Positions 1 to 12,995 of a DNA stretch of 64,000 nucleotides are shown here, piece by piece (position 1 is the first letter of the stretch; every line of letters starts with the position of its first letter). The stretch covers positions 27,695,469 to 27,759,468 of the forward strand of contig CM119264.1 of the NCBI GenBank assembly GCA_051294375.1, given 5' to 3'. A program made the translations under genes and the position numbers. Origin of the DNA: Paraspadella gotoi (lineage: Eukaryota > Animalia > Chaetognatha). Under the pieces are notes generated by a model, which ran no database searches, was not told the origin of the DNA, and was given only the letters and a program-made list of their open reading frames with translations.

Positions 1-35
1 CTCATTTGTTCAGAACTGGGTTTGACCTGCAGCGT

Positions 36-242
<207 letters not shown>

Positions 243-397
243 ATATTCGCCGGGAGGGAGAACGGGTCGGAAAATATTCCATACCGTAATTACATAACCC
301 ATTTAAATGGCTTCATTTGGAATGAAGCTTCGGCTTTTGGGAAGGTCCTCGTCATTTTGGCAGGTTTTCACAAGATCTTCAGTGATGAACTTTTTCC

Positions 398-585
398 TTT
401 TTAGTTGCGGCGGCGAGTACGCCGCGAGCACTCTATAACTATAAGTCAGCTTTTCAGGTCGGTCTGTCGATCGGTCGGTCCGTCGGTCGTATGTTTGTCC
501 GTCGGTCTGTCCCACTAACGTTAAAAATGCTCATAATTCGCCTATAGTTGGTTGCTTTATGTTAAGACAGGAAAAAACCTTCAAT
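398..585 (+). mobile_element. HINE/DINE-1-like non-autonomous Helentron-type element (fragment)
   Basis: Starts tttttagttgcg, then a gcggcg...cgccgc hairpin, a gtcg/gtcc/gtct tetranucleotide tract and tgtcccact..aaaaatgctcata..cctatagtt..gttaagac.ggaaaaaacct. The body recurs at 6401-6530. The T-run, hairpin and GTCN tract layout matches DINE-1/HINE elements; the family assignment is inference. Confidence 0.55.
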
Positions 586-614
586 ATATATTTTGTTCTT
601 CTCTCCTTTTTTTG

Positions 615-800
615 ATGCTTTTAATTCTGTTCTTTATCTTACTTTTTTGATCTTATTAAATTCTGTTCTTTATCTCCTTTTGTTTCTTTAAAATTCTGTT
701 CTTTATCTTCCTTTTTTGATCTTTAAATTCTCTCTGTTCATTTATCTCCTTTTGTTCTTTAATTCTGTTCTTTCTCTCTTTTTGTTTTAAATATTCTGTT
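615..800. repeat. Degenerate ~33-36 bp minisatellite (aattctgttctttatct core)
   Basis: Core recurs at ~623, 659, 692, 727 and 761. Confidence 0.85.
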
Positions 801-2200
801 TTTCTCTTTTCTCCTCTTCTTTTTTTTGTTCTTTATTAATGTCTTTCTCCTTTTTGGTTTTCGGTTCGATTTCTCTTTTTATTCTAGTTCTTTTTTTTTA
901 TTTTATTTTAATCGAAATTATCGAGATCGATGTGAAGACCGCATGGTTGGTTGGTCCTATTGTTCGTTTGCTAGATATTGGTTGTTTTGGGTTGGTTGGT
1001 TGTTTGGTAGGTTTTGGCTAACTTTTTCCATGTTGGACATGTAACTTTTCGTTCGTGTTAATTAAAACTTTAGCTTTATGTTATTATTTTGTATTACTTA
1101 TTCACATGGTAGTTGAGGCACTTTAAGCACCCAACAGTTTTTGCTTTTTATTTTCTCTTGAGCAAGTTTTTCGACGCATTCGTTTATCCCCGTACTGTGT
1201 ATTGATGTGTTTTGTTTTTTTTGGGGTTTTCTCTTCGTACGCTGTTATCCGACTGTTTTGATGTCGTTTTGTTTTCTTGCCGTTTTTTTTTCGCTTCGAG
1301 TTGACGACAGGGGCGCTGTGAGTTTGTTTGGGGAATCGGGAGGCGATGGCGGGCATTCGCTTCGGTCCTTGGCCTCGGTTAATCTGGTTAGACGAAGTGG
1401 AGATGGGCTTGGTGGTGGAAGACGAGTGGTTGGGGTTGGAGTGGATTTTGGGTGCGGGTAAGTGGAGCAAGAGGAGAGGAGCAGTAGAACTCTTGGTGAG
1501 ACAATGAAAGTAAATGGAACTCATTATCGAGTAGAATGTTACGTTTTAAGTTGAGGTTGGGAAAATGGAGATGTGTTGGTTGGGCGTCACGTTGTTTCGC
1601 GAGACTCGGTGGGGTGAAGCGAGATGGGACATGCCAGAAGTTCCGGCGTGAGATATGACAGATCCGATCTGTCGGCAAACTTTTTTTTACAACTGGAGTA
1701 GAAACTGATCGGGCGGTAAATGGGTCTTGAACGGAGACGGCGTCGAGAAAGTGCGAGATCTTCGCATAAGGACAAACTGAAAACAAGAGGGCTTGGACGT
1801 ATCGTGCAGTGCGAACAAATGAGACGTGACGGATGATGAGAAGATGTGAGACGATGCGAATGATGACCGAAGGGACGACAAGAGAATTTTTTCAGTCTTG
1901 GTCTTCACATTCGCAAGTAGTAGGAAAAGTTTTCCTTATGCAAACACAATCGAAGGATGCAATAAAAATAAAATGGTACAATACATTATACATATAAAAG
2001 TGAAAAGACGCGAGTGAAAATTTATTTATTTGTGTCTTCGTTTACGTCGTTTAGTCTCATCATCTCCATGGAAACAGAAAAAAAAATTTTAAAAAAGTGA
2101 AGCAAAAAAAATATGTTGTTTATGGAATTGAGGTGGCGCCTTGAAAGAAGGAGGCTGGATTCCTTTTTTTATCCATTCTCTTTTGCACACTGGTGAGAGG

Positions 2201-2255
<55 letters not shown>

Positions 2256-3077
2256 AGAGAGAGAGAGAGAGAGAGATCAGTCCGTAGACAACCGGCATTC
2301 TAAGAACACTCCCGCTCAAAAAAAAAAAGGTATTGGAGAAAGAAAAGGATAATTTTAAACGATATTTTCATTTTTTTGTCTCCACCTTGAGTTTAAAAAA
2401 AAAGGGAAGCCTACGAGAGGTTTTAACGAGTTAAGAAAAGGAATTGGAAAAGAAGCAAAAGAGACTGATGCTCCACTTGGAGGCAGAAGATACTCTCTCT
2501 CTCTCTCTCTCTCATCTCTCTCTCCCTCTCTCTCTCTCTCTCCTCCTCTCTCCTCTCTCTGCACACCTTCTCAAATTTCAGAATTGAAAAACTAATCGTG
2601 ACAAATTGTGTTTTGATGATTAAAAAAAAAAACAGAGAAAAGATTTCAAACATTTCAAACGCCTATAAGTATCGAGGATAGACAGCAAAAATAACAACAA
2701 TAAAACCAGATTTTACTGGTTTTTTTTTTAACTTCCTACCAGTTATGTAATTAAAAACAACGTGAAAAGTCAAAGGCAATTTGTTTCTCAAGGATGTAAC
2801 TGGATAACCAGTGAGACCTCTTTTCCTCGATTACAACTGTCTCTTTTCATCTGTCTCCCATGACGCAATACTTCGGGTTTTACCTGTCGCGTTAATGCCT
2901 GTATTCTTTCTCTCTCTCTCGTCTCTCTCTCTCTTCTCTCTCTCTCTCTCTCTTCCTCTCCTCTCGTCTCTCTCTCTCTCTCTCTCCTCCTTCAGCGTAA
3001 GACGATAAAAAATCCGAGAGCATTAAAAGCAGCAGTAAAACCAAAATGAATGAAAATGAGAGGCGAGAGTGGTTTTA

Positions 3078-3146
<69 letters not shown>

Positions 3147-3191
3147 CAGAGAGAGAGAGAAACGAGAGAGAGAGAGAGAGAGAGAGAGAAG

Positions 3192-3224
<33 letters not shown>

Positions 3225-3289
3225 GAGAGAGAAAAGAGAGAGAGATGAGAGAGAGAGAGAGAGAGAGAAGAAGAGAGAGCCGGATTCAC

Positions 3290-3800
3290 CGGGATAAGTT
3301 ATCTTCTTTTTTTAAAAAAGAAAACGAAAAACAATGAAAAAAAATCCTTTTTCCTCTTAAAACCCGTTGCCCAGTAGATACTACACTGAGTTCGTCCGGA
3401 GCAAAATCTGTTTGGGACGCGGTGAGAACTCGGTGAGGGGGTATAAGGAAAGGGAGTGGGAGGGAAAAAAAGGTAGTAGATGGCGGGGCCAACCACGATA
3501 TCAATCTTTTGAGATCCGTCGCGTAATTGGTGATAAATTGGAACCGAGAAATTGGTTTGAGAGAAATTAAGGGGGATCTGGAGGCGTGGGTTTTCTTGTG
3601 TGGTGAGGTAAGGTAAGTTAAGGTCTGTGAATGGCGTCCGGTCCGGGTTTGGATAAGAGGAATATAATGTGGCTAAACCCGTAAACTTGTTTTGGTGACG
3701 AATTGATCGTTTTTTGAAGTAAAGGAAGTTTTCGGTGAGGCTAAACGAAGAGACCTGATGATAATCCCTTTTTGATCCAGTTTGTGAGACAAGCAAGATT
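3290..3800 (-). CDS. Possible coding exon, unknown product (weak FN3-like features)
   Basis: Non-repetitive ORF of 165 aa with an overlapping frame giving LTTQENP..IPLNF...ISWLAPP, loosely like an FN3 linker and strand B. Not diagnostic. Confidence 0.2.
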
Positions 3801-3929
3801 GAGGGGGAGGAGGGTTTAGAAGATGCCTTTGAAAGTTATCACAGTATTAAATACAAAACACTGAATTCAATTCTTGAAATATATATAATTTTAAATCGTG
3901 ACTGATGGTTACTGAATAAAAAGAAAAAA

Positions 3930-5510
3930 AAAGGGTGGCGTGGTAATTCCCTGCCCACACGGGCATTACCTCCAACTGGCTTCCTGCCACGTGGATTGCC
4001 TCCACACGCGGAAGATTCCTACCCCACACGGGGATTCCTCCCAACTTGCGGGATTACTTCCCACACGGATTCCTCCCCACAGGTAGAGACACGGATTCTC
4101 CCACACCGGGGATTCTCCCAGCTCAGGATTCCTCCCACAAGAGATGGGGAAGATACGGGGATTCCTCCCCAAACGGGATTCCTCCCCTTAATGTAGATGT
4201 AACATTTCAGTTGTTGGCAATTGTTTTTGATCAAGGGAAATAAGATTGAGGTTCATAAAATAAATTTTGTGTGTGGGAGGAGGAATTGTGAATAAAGGCG
4301 TGGAAAATAATTTTTTGGAGTGGTAATCGTAGGTTGGTGGAAAGTAGTTCAAATTAGAAAAACCAAAAAGACACAAAGAATTTGTTTGAATTTTTTAAAA
4401 AGTTTTCTCTCTCTCTAATCTCTCATGCTGATTGTGATTGATTGGGATTGGACTCACCAATTATAGTCCAAATTGGACAAAAAGATATCCAGTTGACGCA
4501 AATTCCTGCAGGTGATAAGCGAAATTAATCAATTGAACCAGTGACCAAATTGCCTGTTGACCAAATTATGCACGTTTACCGCAAATTTTGTCAAGTTGAC
4601 GCAAAGTAGCGCAGTTGACCAAATAATGCAAGTTGATTAAATTATGCAAAAGTTGACCAAAAGTTAGTCTTATTAATTCCAACTTAATTATCGTAGGCAG
4701 GATCCGACATTGGGGGTTTGCTCAAAGACTTGTTTTTTTTTATTGGACGTGGAGAAATCCCGCGGGGAGAATCCGTGTGTGAGAGGATATCGCGTGGGAG
4801 GAATCCCGTGTGGGGAGGAATACCGGCGTGGGAGGGAAATCCGAGACGAGAAGATGCGTGATGGGGAGGAAATCCCGTCGTGGGGTTAGGAGATCCACGC
4901 AGGAGGAAGGATCCCGCGTAGGGAGGAAGCCGTCCGTGGGGGAATCCGCATAGAATCTGTGTGGGAGGAAAATCCCTGTGGGAGAGAATCCCGCATGGGG
5001 AACGGAATCTCCCGCGTCGGGAGGATATACGGTGTGGGGGGACTAGAATCACACGTGTGGGAGGAATCCCGTTGGGAGGAATCCGTTGGAATCCGCTGGG
5101 GGGAAAAATCCCCACTGGTGAGGGAGGGATCCCCCGCGTGGATAGGAATCCAGTGAGGCATCTCATGTCGGGGAGCGATCCCGCGTGAGGGAAGGAATTC
5201 CGTGTGGAGGAAATCCCGCATGGGAGGAAGTCATGTGTGAGGGAGGAATCCGCGGTGGCGAGGAATTGGCCATGGGGAGGAATTCTGTGGGGAGGAACGC
5301 CGTGTGGGAGGAATCCCGCGTGGGGAATTCCTTTGGGAGGAATCCCGTTGGGAGGAATTCCTTTGGGGAGAATCCGGTGTGGGAGCAATTCCATTGGGGG
5401 GAATCCCTTGGGGAGGAATCCGCGTGTGGGAGGAAACCCGTGTGGGAGGAATCCCGCGTGGGAGGTATCCCGCGTGGAGGAATCCTGTTGGGAGGAATCC
5501 CAATGGAACC
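3930..5510. mobile_element. Foldback-type element: inverted arms built from ~16-18 bp tandem subrepeats
   Basis: Left arm 3930-4190 is (gggattcctcccacac)n. Right arm 4745-5510 is its reverse complement (gtgtgggaggaatccc)n, ending ...aatggaacc. The spacer is ~550 bp and AT-rich. Confidence 0.6.
4490..4665. repeat. Degenerate gttgaccaaa/gttgacgcaaa subrepeat cluster inside the foldback spacer
   Basis: About 8 copies of (a)gttgac(c/gc)aaa. Confidence 0.7.
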
Positions 5511-6400
5511 AAAAAAAGGTGTGACTAAACGAATAATTCGCCTCCCGTAAAACATGGTAAAACTCAGCTCGTCTCATTGGCTTGCACAGCTAAGTACTCA
5601 TTCACCAACCGTGAGTTCCCTCACGGTCACGCTGGTTAAAGTTTGATGTTGTTGGCATAAACATGAAACAAAAACCTAAACAGTAACATATGGTGGTCAC
5701 TGCAAGTCCTAAGCCCTGAGCGCCAGCTGTCGGGAGATGCCTCACACCCCAGGCAACATACGTGTCCCTCCGTTGCCATAATGACTTTTTTTAATATTGG
5801 CTAAAGTCGGATTATCAAGAATCGAGAATTCCAGAATCGGTGACTAAAATCCCGATACAAAATTCCCCATTCTAAATCCCGTTTCAAAATCTCGATTCCA
5901 AATCTTGATCCGGCAGCCGGATTCGCCGTCCGGCAATAAATCTTCGGAGGTTAACAAAAGAGCAAAGTTTCAAGTCGAGATTGACCGCGAGAGGGAAAGA
6001 GGGAGAGACTGGGCGGAGGGATGGGGATTTTTTTTTGGGGGGGGGCGCAAGGAAGGGAGGTGGGTTAGCGGAAGGTAAGTTAAAGGAAGACAGGTAAGGC
6101 TAATGGTAAGTCGCCTCTCACAGAGGAAAAGTAACCGGAATGAGGAATTTGTAGACATGAGATTCCAGTGAAGTCTGAAGAGTGAGAAATCAAAATGAAG
6201 TTCAACCTCAATTCTTCTTGATTGAATTGACCGGAGCTGAGGATTCGATGACCCGTTGACCTTGCCACCGGATGACCCAATGACCTCATAACCTGGTGAC
6301 CCGAGGACCCGAGGACCCGTTTACATGGTGATCCGGTGACCAGATTACCCATTGACCCCAGAAATTCAGATGACTCCATTCGATGGAAATCAATAAACAA

Positions 6401-6530
6401 TCTGTCGGTCGGTCGGTCCGTCGGTCGGTCGGTATATCTGTCTGTCAGTCTGTCCCACTTTGTTAAAAATGCTCATAGCGTTCCTATAGTTAGATGCTCA
6501 TTTGTTAAGACGGGAAAAAACCTCAACTCT
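6401..6530 (+). mobile_element. Second copy of the HINE-like element at 398-585
   Basis: gtcggtcggtc tract followed by tgtcccactttgttaaaaatgctcata...cctatagtt...gttaagacgggaaaaaacctcaa, colinear with ~455-585. Confidence 0.6.
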
Positions 6531-6969
6531 TAACGCCGCCTTCAGGAAATCCTAAAACTATAAAGAATAAAAGACGAAATTCCGATGCAGTGCCTGTCAT
6601 AAATACACGGGTTAAGAAAGTTATTTTAGTTAATACTTAGTTAGTACGTGATCACAAAGTAAATGCGGCTTATTTCGTATAATGTCTGGTTGTTTGAAAT
6701 GAAACTTTGCGCAGTAGTGATCATCCATAAGACGTTTGTTATAAATAAATTTCATAGTCATGTAGTCATGCGATCAAAAGAAAGTCACAGCGGCTCAACG
6801 CATTGGATGGACCGATCTTGTTTATTGCCGCAGTTATAACCGTTTTTTTTTCTGGCTTGCATATGGATGCTGGCAGATGGTTTTTCACCCAAGCAACGAC
6901 GCCCAACCATCGCAGTGGCAGACATGCGTTTTCACGCAAAGTAATCTTAAAAAGGATAAAACAAAAGCC

Positions 6970-7097
<128 letters not shown>

Positions 7098-7419
7098 ACT
7101 ATTTCCGCTTTGCCTTCTGAAAATCTGAATAGCAAATATTGTCGCGCGGATAAAGGAAGGGCATTTTTCTTATTTTTTTTTCCTCTTTTGATATTATTAT
7201 GTTTTAAGAGATTTTTATTTTATTTCCATTTTTCAAATTCTTGATTTTTTTTGGTTCTCTGAGTCTGATTTAGAATCTTTTTAGTTAAAAAAAAAAGAAT
7301 AAAATAAAATAATAAAAAGAAAAAAATAAAGAAAACTAATAGTCTTCGATTCGCGAAAACAGATGTGGAGAAAAGCAGACGATAAGACGACAGCAGACAA
7401 CAATCCCCGACCGAACGCT

Positions 7420-7870
7420 GTCTAAGCAGTTGGAGTTGAGACCCGACCGGCACCCGTGCATTCATGCATGCATCTACCCCCTTTGCCTCCAAGCTGACAG
7501 CACCCGTCGTAATGTTAAGATCGGCATTCATACTTGCATCTGTTCCTCTCCTTCCAAGCTGACTGCACCTGCCGTTAAGCTCAGATTGGCCGATTGCACT
7601 CATCGTTTAGACCCAATCAGCATTCGTGCTTGCATCTGTTTCTTTTTCTCCTTGCCAACTGTACCGGTCCTTTGAGGCCCGACCTGCACCGGGCATACGC
7701 ACCTGCCCTTCTCGCCTCCTCCTCCACGACCGCCTTTCCTCCGGTTTATACGGCACCTGCGATAGGTTTTTGACAGGTGCAATAACCATCTCCCACTCAC
7801 GCAAGACCGCTTCATCGCGGCGCCGACTGCACCTCCTCGTTTTCCGACGCCGGTTCAATGTTCGTGTTAT
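7420..7870 (-). CDS. Frameshifted Cys-rich exon, EGF-like (MEGF/SREC-type) repeats
   Basis: Minus-strand fragments across frames: SCVSG, GYCTCQ, GRCVCP, RCKHEC, LNGRCSQLG, RCKYECR, CQLGGKGGRCMHEC. The G..RC..EC pattern recurs about three times. Frames had to be stitched by eye. Confidence 0.35.
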
Positions 7871-8420
7871 GAAGGAGAGGGTGGGAGGGAGGAAGAGAGG
7901 AGGAAGGGAGGAAGAGGGAGGAGGAGGGAGAAAGATGAGGGGAGGAAGAGGGAAGAGGAAGGAGGAAGACGGAAGGCAGAGGTGGGATGAAGAGGAAGGG
8001 AGGAGGAAGGAGGAAGGAGGAAGGGAAAAAGAGGAAAGGAGAAAAGAAGGCGGGAGAATTAAGGGAAATAGGAAAGAGAAATAATAGAGGAAAGAACATA
8101 AGCAATGAGATAGGAAAAGAAGAGAAAGGAGGAAAGGGAAAAGATAAAAAATAAGGGGAAAGAGAAGTGGAAGTGAGAGGAGGAAAGAGAAGAAGTAAAG
8201 AAATAGGAAAAGAAGAGAAAGGAGGAAAAAGAAAAAAAGGGGGAAAGAGAAGTGGAAGTGAAAGGAGGAAAGAGGAGAAGTAAAGAAATAGAAAAAATTG
8301 AGAGGAAAATAAGGAATAGGGTGTAGAAAAATGAAAGAAAGAAAAGGGGAAGGGGGAGAAAGATAAAATGGGAAAGAAAAAGAAAAACAAGGAGATGTGG
8401 AACAAAGAATGAGATAAAAA
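7870..8420. repeat. Purine-rich low-complexity tract
   Basis: Almost only G and A, with degenerate repeats such as aataggaaaagaagagaaaggagg. Confidence 0.9.
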
Positions 8421-8569
8421 AGAAAAAATGTGAAAGGAGTTGACAAGAAAGATGTTTGTTTGTTTAGAATCATTGTTCTATGTGTACAGGAAACTTTAAA
8501 TCGTGAAATATGATGGGAGACAAAAAATTACGGTTTACGATGAAAAATCTTGGTTGTTTTATCAAGAGA

Positions 8570-8718
8570 AAGTGAAAGTTGTTGGGAGATAAAATGGGAG
8601 GAAGGAAGAGAGGAGAGAGGAGAGAGAGAGGATTAAGAGAGAGAGAGAGAGAGATATAAAGAGAGAGGAGGAGGATTGAGAGTGATGAAATTGTTGGAGG
8701 AGATAAAATGGAGAGGAA

Positions 8719-8762
<44 letters not shown>

Positions 8763-8895
8763 AAGAGAGAGAGAGAGAGAGAGTGAAATTGTTGGGAGAT
8801 AAAAATGGAGAGGAAGGAGAGAGAGGAGAGAGAGAGCAGAGAGAGAGAAGAGAGAGAGAGAAGTGAAATTGTTGGGAGATAAAAATTTGAGAGGA

Positions 8896-8936
<41 letters not shown>

Positions 8937-9010
8937 AGAGAGAGAGAGAGATAAGAGAGAGAGAGAGAGAGAGAGTGAAATTGTTGGGAGATAAAAATGG
9001 AGAGGAAGGG

Positions 9011-9063
<53 letters not shown>

Positions 9064-9100
9064 AATTGTTGGGAGATAAAATGGAGAGGAAGGGAGAGAT

Positions 9101-9155
<55 letters not shown>
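8570..9155. repeat. Composite satellite: conserved ~35 bp unit separated by variable (GA)n
   Basis: agtgaaattgttgggagataaaaatggagaggaagg at ~8571, 8684, 8782, 8862, 8974 and 9058. Confidence 0.9.
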
Positions 9156-12100
9156 TTGAAGCGCAGGTTGAATTCTTGCGACCAGAGGTCAAAGGTCAAG
9201 GGTGATCTCGGAAACACGAAGGAAACAATCTACTTCACGGGTCAAAGATAATTGTCCCAACCATTTTTTTTTTCGCGGCGGAAGCCACTGGAGTTTTTTT
9301 TTTGTAGAAATTCTATTGGGGGAAATTTCGGGTGAAACGGTGGATAAACAAAATTACGTTAATTGTAAGTATATTTTAAAAGAAATTTGCTTCTTGTATT
9401 TCCCTATACCTAATAATAGATAAACATTATTAGGTTTAGCTTATTAAACATAAAGATAACCAAAATGAGAAATATATATAGTAAAATAAGTTATTTTGCA
9501 TCAATTCGATCAGATAACTGTTAATAAATTTAAAATCAAATATATAATTTTTTACAATTAGTTATAAAAGACGTGTATATATGATTTCATTATCTCTCTT
9601 CCTTCTTTCACACTTCTTTCTTCTTAAGCCGGTTTAAGGACATTATTTTACTATGTGTACATACAAATAAAATACACAAAATATACCGTTACCCCGCTGC
9701 TATTATATATTGCTTAATTTACAAACTTTGATAAAATAATCATGCGTTGTTTAGCTCGCGCATCCGTTTTTCCATTGTTGATGCGATGAGCTCCCGCTCT
9801 ATTCTCATGTTGCCATCTCCTTTAATCACGTTATGGCGGCGACGTCCTCCTCCTCCTCCTCCTCCTCGTCCCCGGTCCGACGCCGAGACTGTTTAACTCC
9901 CTCCAGAGGCGAAAATTTTCTCCGTCGTCTTTTCGCGAACAAAAGACAATCGCGCGATTATCGAATATTAGACGCTAGAGGGAGGAGAGGGGGGGAGGAA
10001 GAGGAGAATGAGAGATGGAGAAAGGGAGAGGAAAAGGGAGAGAAGAGAGAAGGAAAGGAAGGATGAGAGTCGGATAGTGAGGGGGAGGGGAGAGGGAGAG
10101 GAGGAAGAGGAGAGAGAGGGCCGCTCTTTTCCGAGAGTGTCCCATTTCTGTTAGTTTATCCAAGAATTTAAATTTAATCTGAATATTTAACTTGAATATA
10201 TTTTTAAACTTATAAACCCAACCCAAAACTTAATCTTTAAACCCTAATCTTTAAACCTTAATCCCTAAGCCTAATCGCTTACCTAACTTAATTTTTAACC
10301 CTATCTATAATTTTTAATCCAACACTAAAAGCAACCCCTAATCCAAATCCTTAAATCACAAACCAAGTCCCTAACATTAGTCACTAACTTTATCCTCTAA
10401 CCAAATCCCTAACCAAATCCCTAACCAAATCCTAACAAATCCCTAACCAAATCCCTGACAAAATCCCTAACCTTACTTCTAATCTTTAACTAAAATAATT
10501 AAACTAATTCCGAATTTAGAGAGAGAGTAAAGAGAAGAGAGGATAAAGGAGAGAAGAGAAAAGGAAGGACCGATAAAAAGAAGAGGAAGGAACGTAAGAA
10601 GAGAGAAGAAGAAATGAGAGAATAAAAATCCCAGTTTGGCTTTTTTATCTTAATTTATATCCATCGAAATTGTGAGGAATGNNNNNNNNNNNNNNNNNNN
10701 NNNNNNGAGAGAGAGAGAGAGAGAGAGAGAGAGTTGAAGCGCAGGTTGGAATTCTTCGACCAGAGGTCAAAGGTCAAGGGTGATCTCGGAAACACGAAGG
10801 AAACACATTCTACTTCACGGGTCAAAGATAATTGTCCCAACCATTTTTTTTTCGCGGCGGAAGCCACTGGAGTTTTTTTTTTTAGGAAATTCTATTGGGG
10901 GAAATTTCGGGTGAAACGGTGGATAAACAAAATTACGTTAATTGTAAGTATATTAAAAGAAAATTTGCTTCTTGTATTTCCCTATCCTAATAATAGATAA
11001 ACATTATTAGGTTTAGCTTATTAAACATAAAGATAACCAAAATGAGAAATATAATATAGTAAAATAAGTTATTTTGCAATCAATTCGATCAGATTAACTG
11101 TTAATAAAATTTAAAATAAAATTATAATTTTTTACAATTAGTTATAAAAGACTGTAATATATGATTTCATTATCTCTCTTCCTTTCTTTCACACTTCTCT
11201 TTTCTTAAGCCGGTTTTAAGGACATTATTTACTATGTGTACATAGTACATACAAATAAATACACAAAATTACCGTTACCCCGCTGCTATTATAGTATTGC
11301 TTAATTTACAAACTTTGATAAAATAATCATGCGTTGTTTACTCGCGCATCCGTTTTTCCCATTGTTGATGCGATGAGCTCCCGCTCTATTCTTCATGTTG
11401 CCATCTCCTTTAATCACGTTATGGCGGCGGCGGCGACTCCTCCTCCTCCTCCTCCTCCTCCTCCTCCTCGTCCCCGGCGACGCCGAGACTGTTAACTCCC
11501 TCCAGAGGCGAAAATTTTCTCCGTCGTCTTTTTCGCGAACAAAAGACAATCGCGGCGATTATCGAATATTAGACGCTAGAGGGAGGAGAGGGGGGGAGGA
11601 AGAGGAGAATGAGAGATGGGAGAAAGGGGAGAGGAAAAGGGAGAGAAGAGAGAAGGGAAAGGAGGTGAGAGTCGGATAGTGAGGGGGGAGGGGAGAGAGG
11701 AGAGGAGGAAGAGGAGAGAGAGGGCGCTCTTTTCCGAGAGTGTCCCATTTCTGTTAGTTTATCCAAGAATTTAAATTTAATCTGAATATTTAACTTGAAT
11801 ATATTTTTAAACTTATAAACCCAACCCAAAACTTAATCTTTAACCCTAATCTTTAACCTTAATCCCTAAGCCTAATCGCTTACCCTAACTTAATCTTTAA
11901 CCCTAATCTATAATTTTTAATCCTAACCACTAAAAGCCAACCCCTAATCCAAATCCTTAATCACAAACCAAGTCCCTAACATTAGTCACTAACTTTATCC
12001 CTAACCAAATCCCTAACCAAATCCCTAACCCTTACTTCTAATCTTTAACTAAAATAATTAAACTAATTCCGAATTTAGAGAGAGAGTAAAGAGAAGAGAG

Positions 12101-12243
12101 GATAAAGGAGAGAAGAGAAAAGGAAGGACCGATAAAAAAGAAAGAGGGAAGGAACGTGAGAAGAGAGAAGAAGAAATGAGAGAATAAAAATCCGTTTGGC
12201 TTCTTTATCTTAATTTATATCCATCGAAATTGTGAGGAATGAG
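9140..12243. repeat. ~1.55 kb direct duplication across a 25-N gap (likely assembly redundancy)
   Basis: 9140-10681 matches 10707-12243, differing mostly by small indels; gap at 10682-10706. Confidence 0.9.
10215..10490. repeat. Degenerate (CCCTAA)-like / ccctaaccaaat repeat
   Basis: aaccctaa and ccctaaccaaat units. Duplicated at ~11815-12040; a similar reverse-oriented degenerate tract lies at ~54035-54217. Confidence 0.8.
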
Positions 12244-12248
12244 GAAAT

Positions 12249-12286
12249 GAGTAAATGAGTAAATGAGTAAATGAGTAAATGAGTAA
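12249..12286. repeat. (GAGTAAAT)n octamer
   Basis: About 5 near-perfect units. Confidence 0.9.
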
Positions 12287-12866
12287 TTCACTTATGTAAG
12301 GACCGATTTTTTCGCGAGTGGAATAAATATTCGGTTAATCCACTTTACAATTCATTTAAACTTTATTGAAAGTGTCAATATAACAAGTCAGCATGAAAAT
12401 ATGGCTACCTTACCCTCTCAGTATCCACGTTTGTGATCTATCGAGATGGAATATGAGCCGATTTCCGAGTTGGCAGATGTGATTCGGGTTTAACGTGATG
12501 ATTTAAGTTTTAGTTTTTCATGCAAAGATGAAGTAATCATTATTTTTATCCGTGTTTTTTTCTTTTTCCATACATCTCTTTCCACTTCTTATCTTTTCTT
12601 TCTCTCCTCTCTTCTCTTTTCCTCTCATATCTCTTTCCAGTTTCCACTTCTCATTTTTCTTTCTCTCCTTTCTTTTCTTTTCCTCTCATATCTCTCTCCT
12701 CTTCTCATCTTTCCTTTCTCTCCTTTCTTCTCTTTTCCTCTCTCCCCTCTCTCCTTATCTCTCCTCTCTCCCACGTTTCAATCTTCCCTTCTGTTTTCGA
12801 GCGTCAGAATTCCCCCGAGTCTAAAAAGATCGGCGACTCGGAAAAATGTAATGTTTTATGAATTTC

Positions 12867-12995
<129 letters not shown>

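Noticed and set aside
4684-5577. 297-aa ORF with GFLP/GIPP repeats
   Set aside because: It arises from the foldback subrepeats, whose unit length varies and which are open in several frames on both strands.
8570-9095. CRISPR-like repeat-spacer array
   Set aside because: Spacers are (GA)n rather than unique sequence, the repeat is not palindromic, no cas genes are present and the context is eukaryotic.
10215-10490. Telomere or interstitial telomeric repeat
   Set aside because: Too degenerate and irregular; no run of perfect TTAGGG or TTAGG units.
9140-12243. Real tandem gene duplication
   Set aside because: The copies flank a 25-N gap and differ mainly by small indels, which fits gap overfilling.
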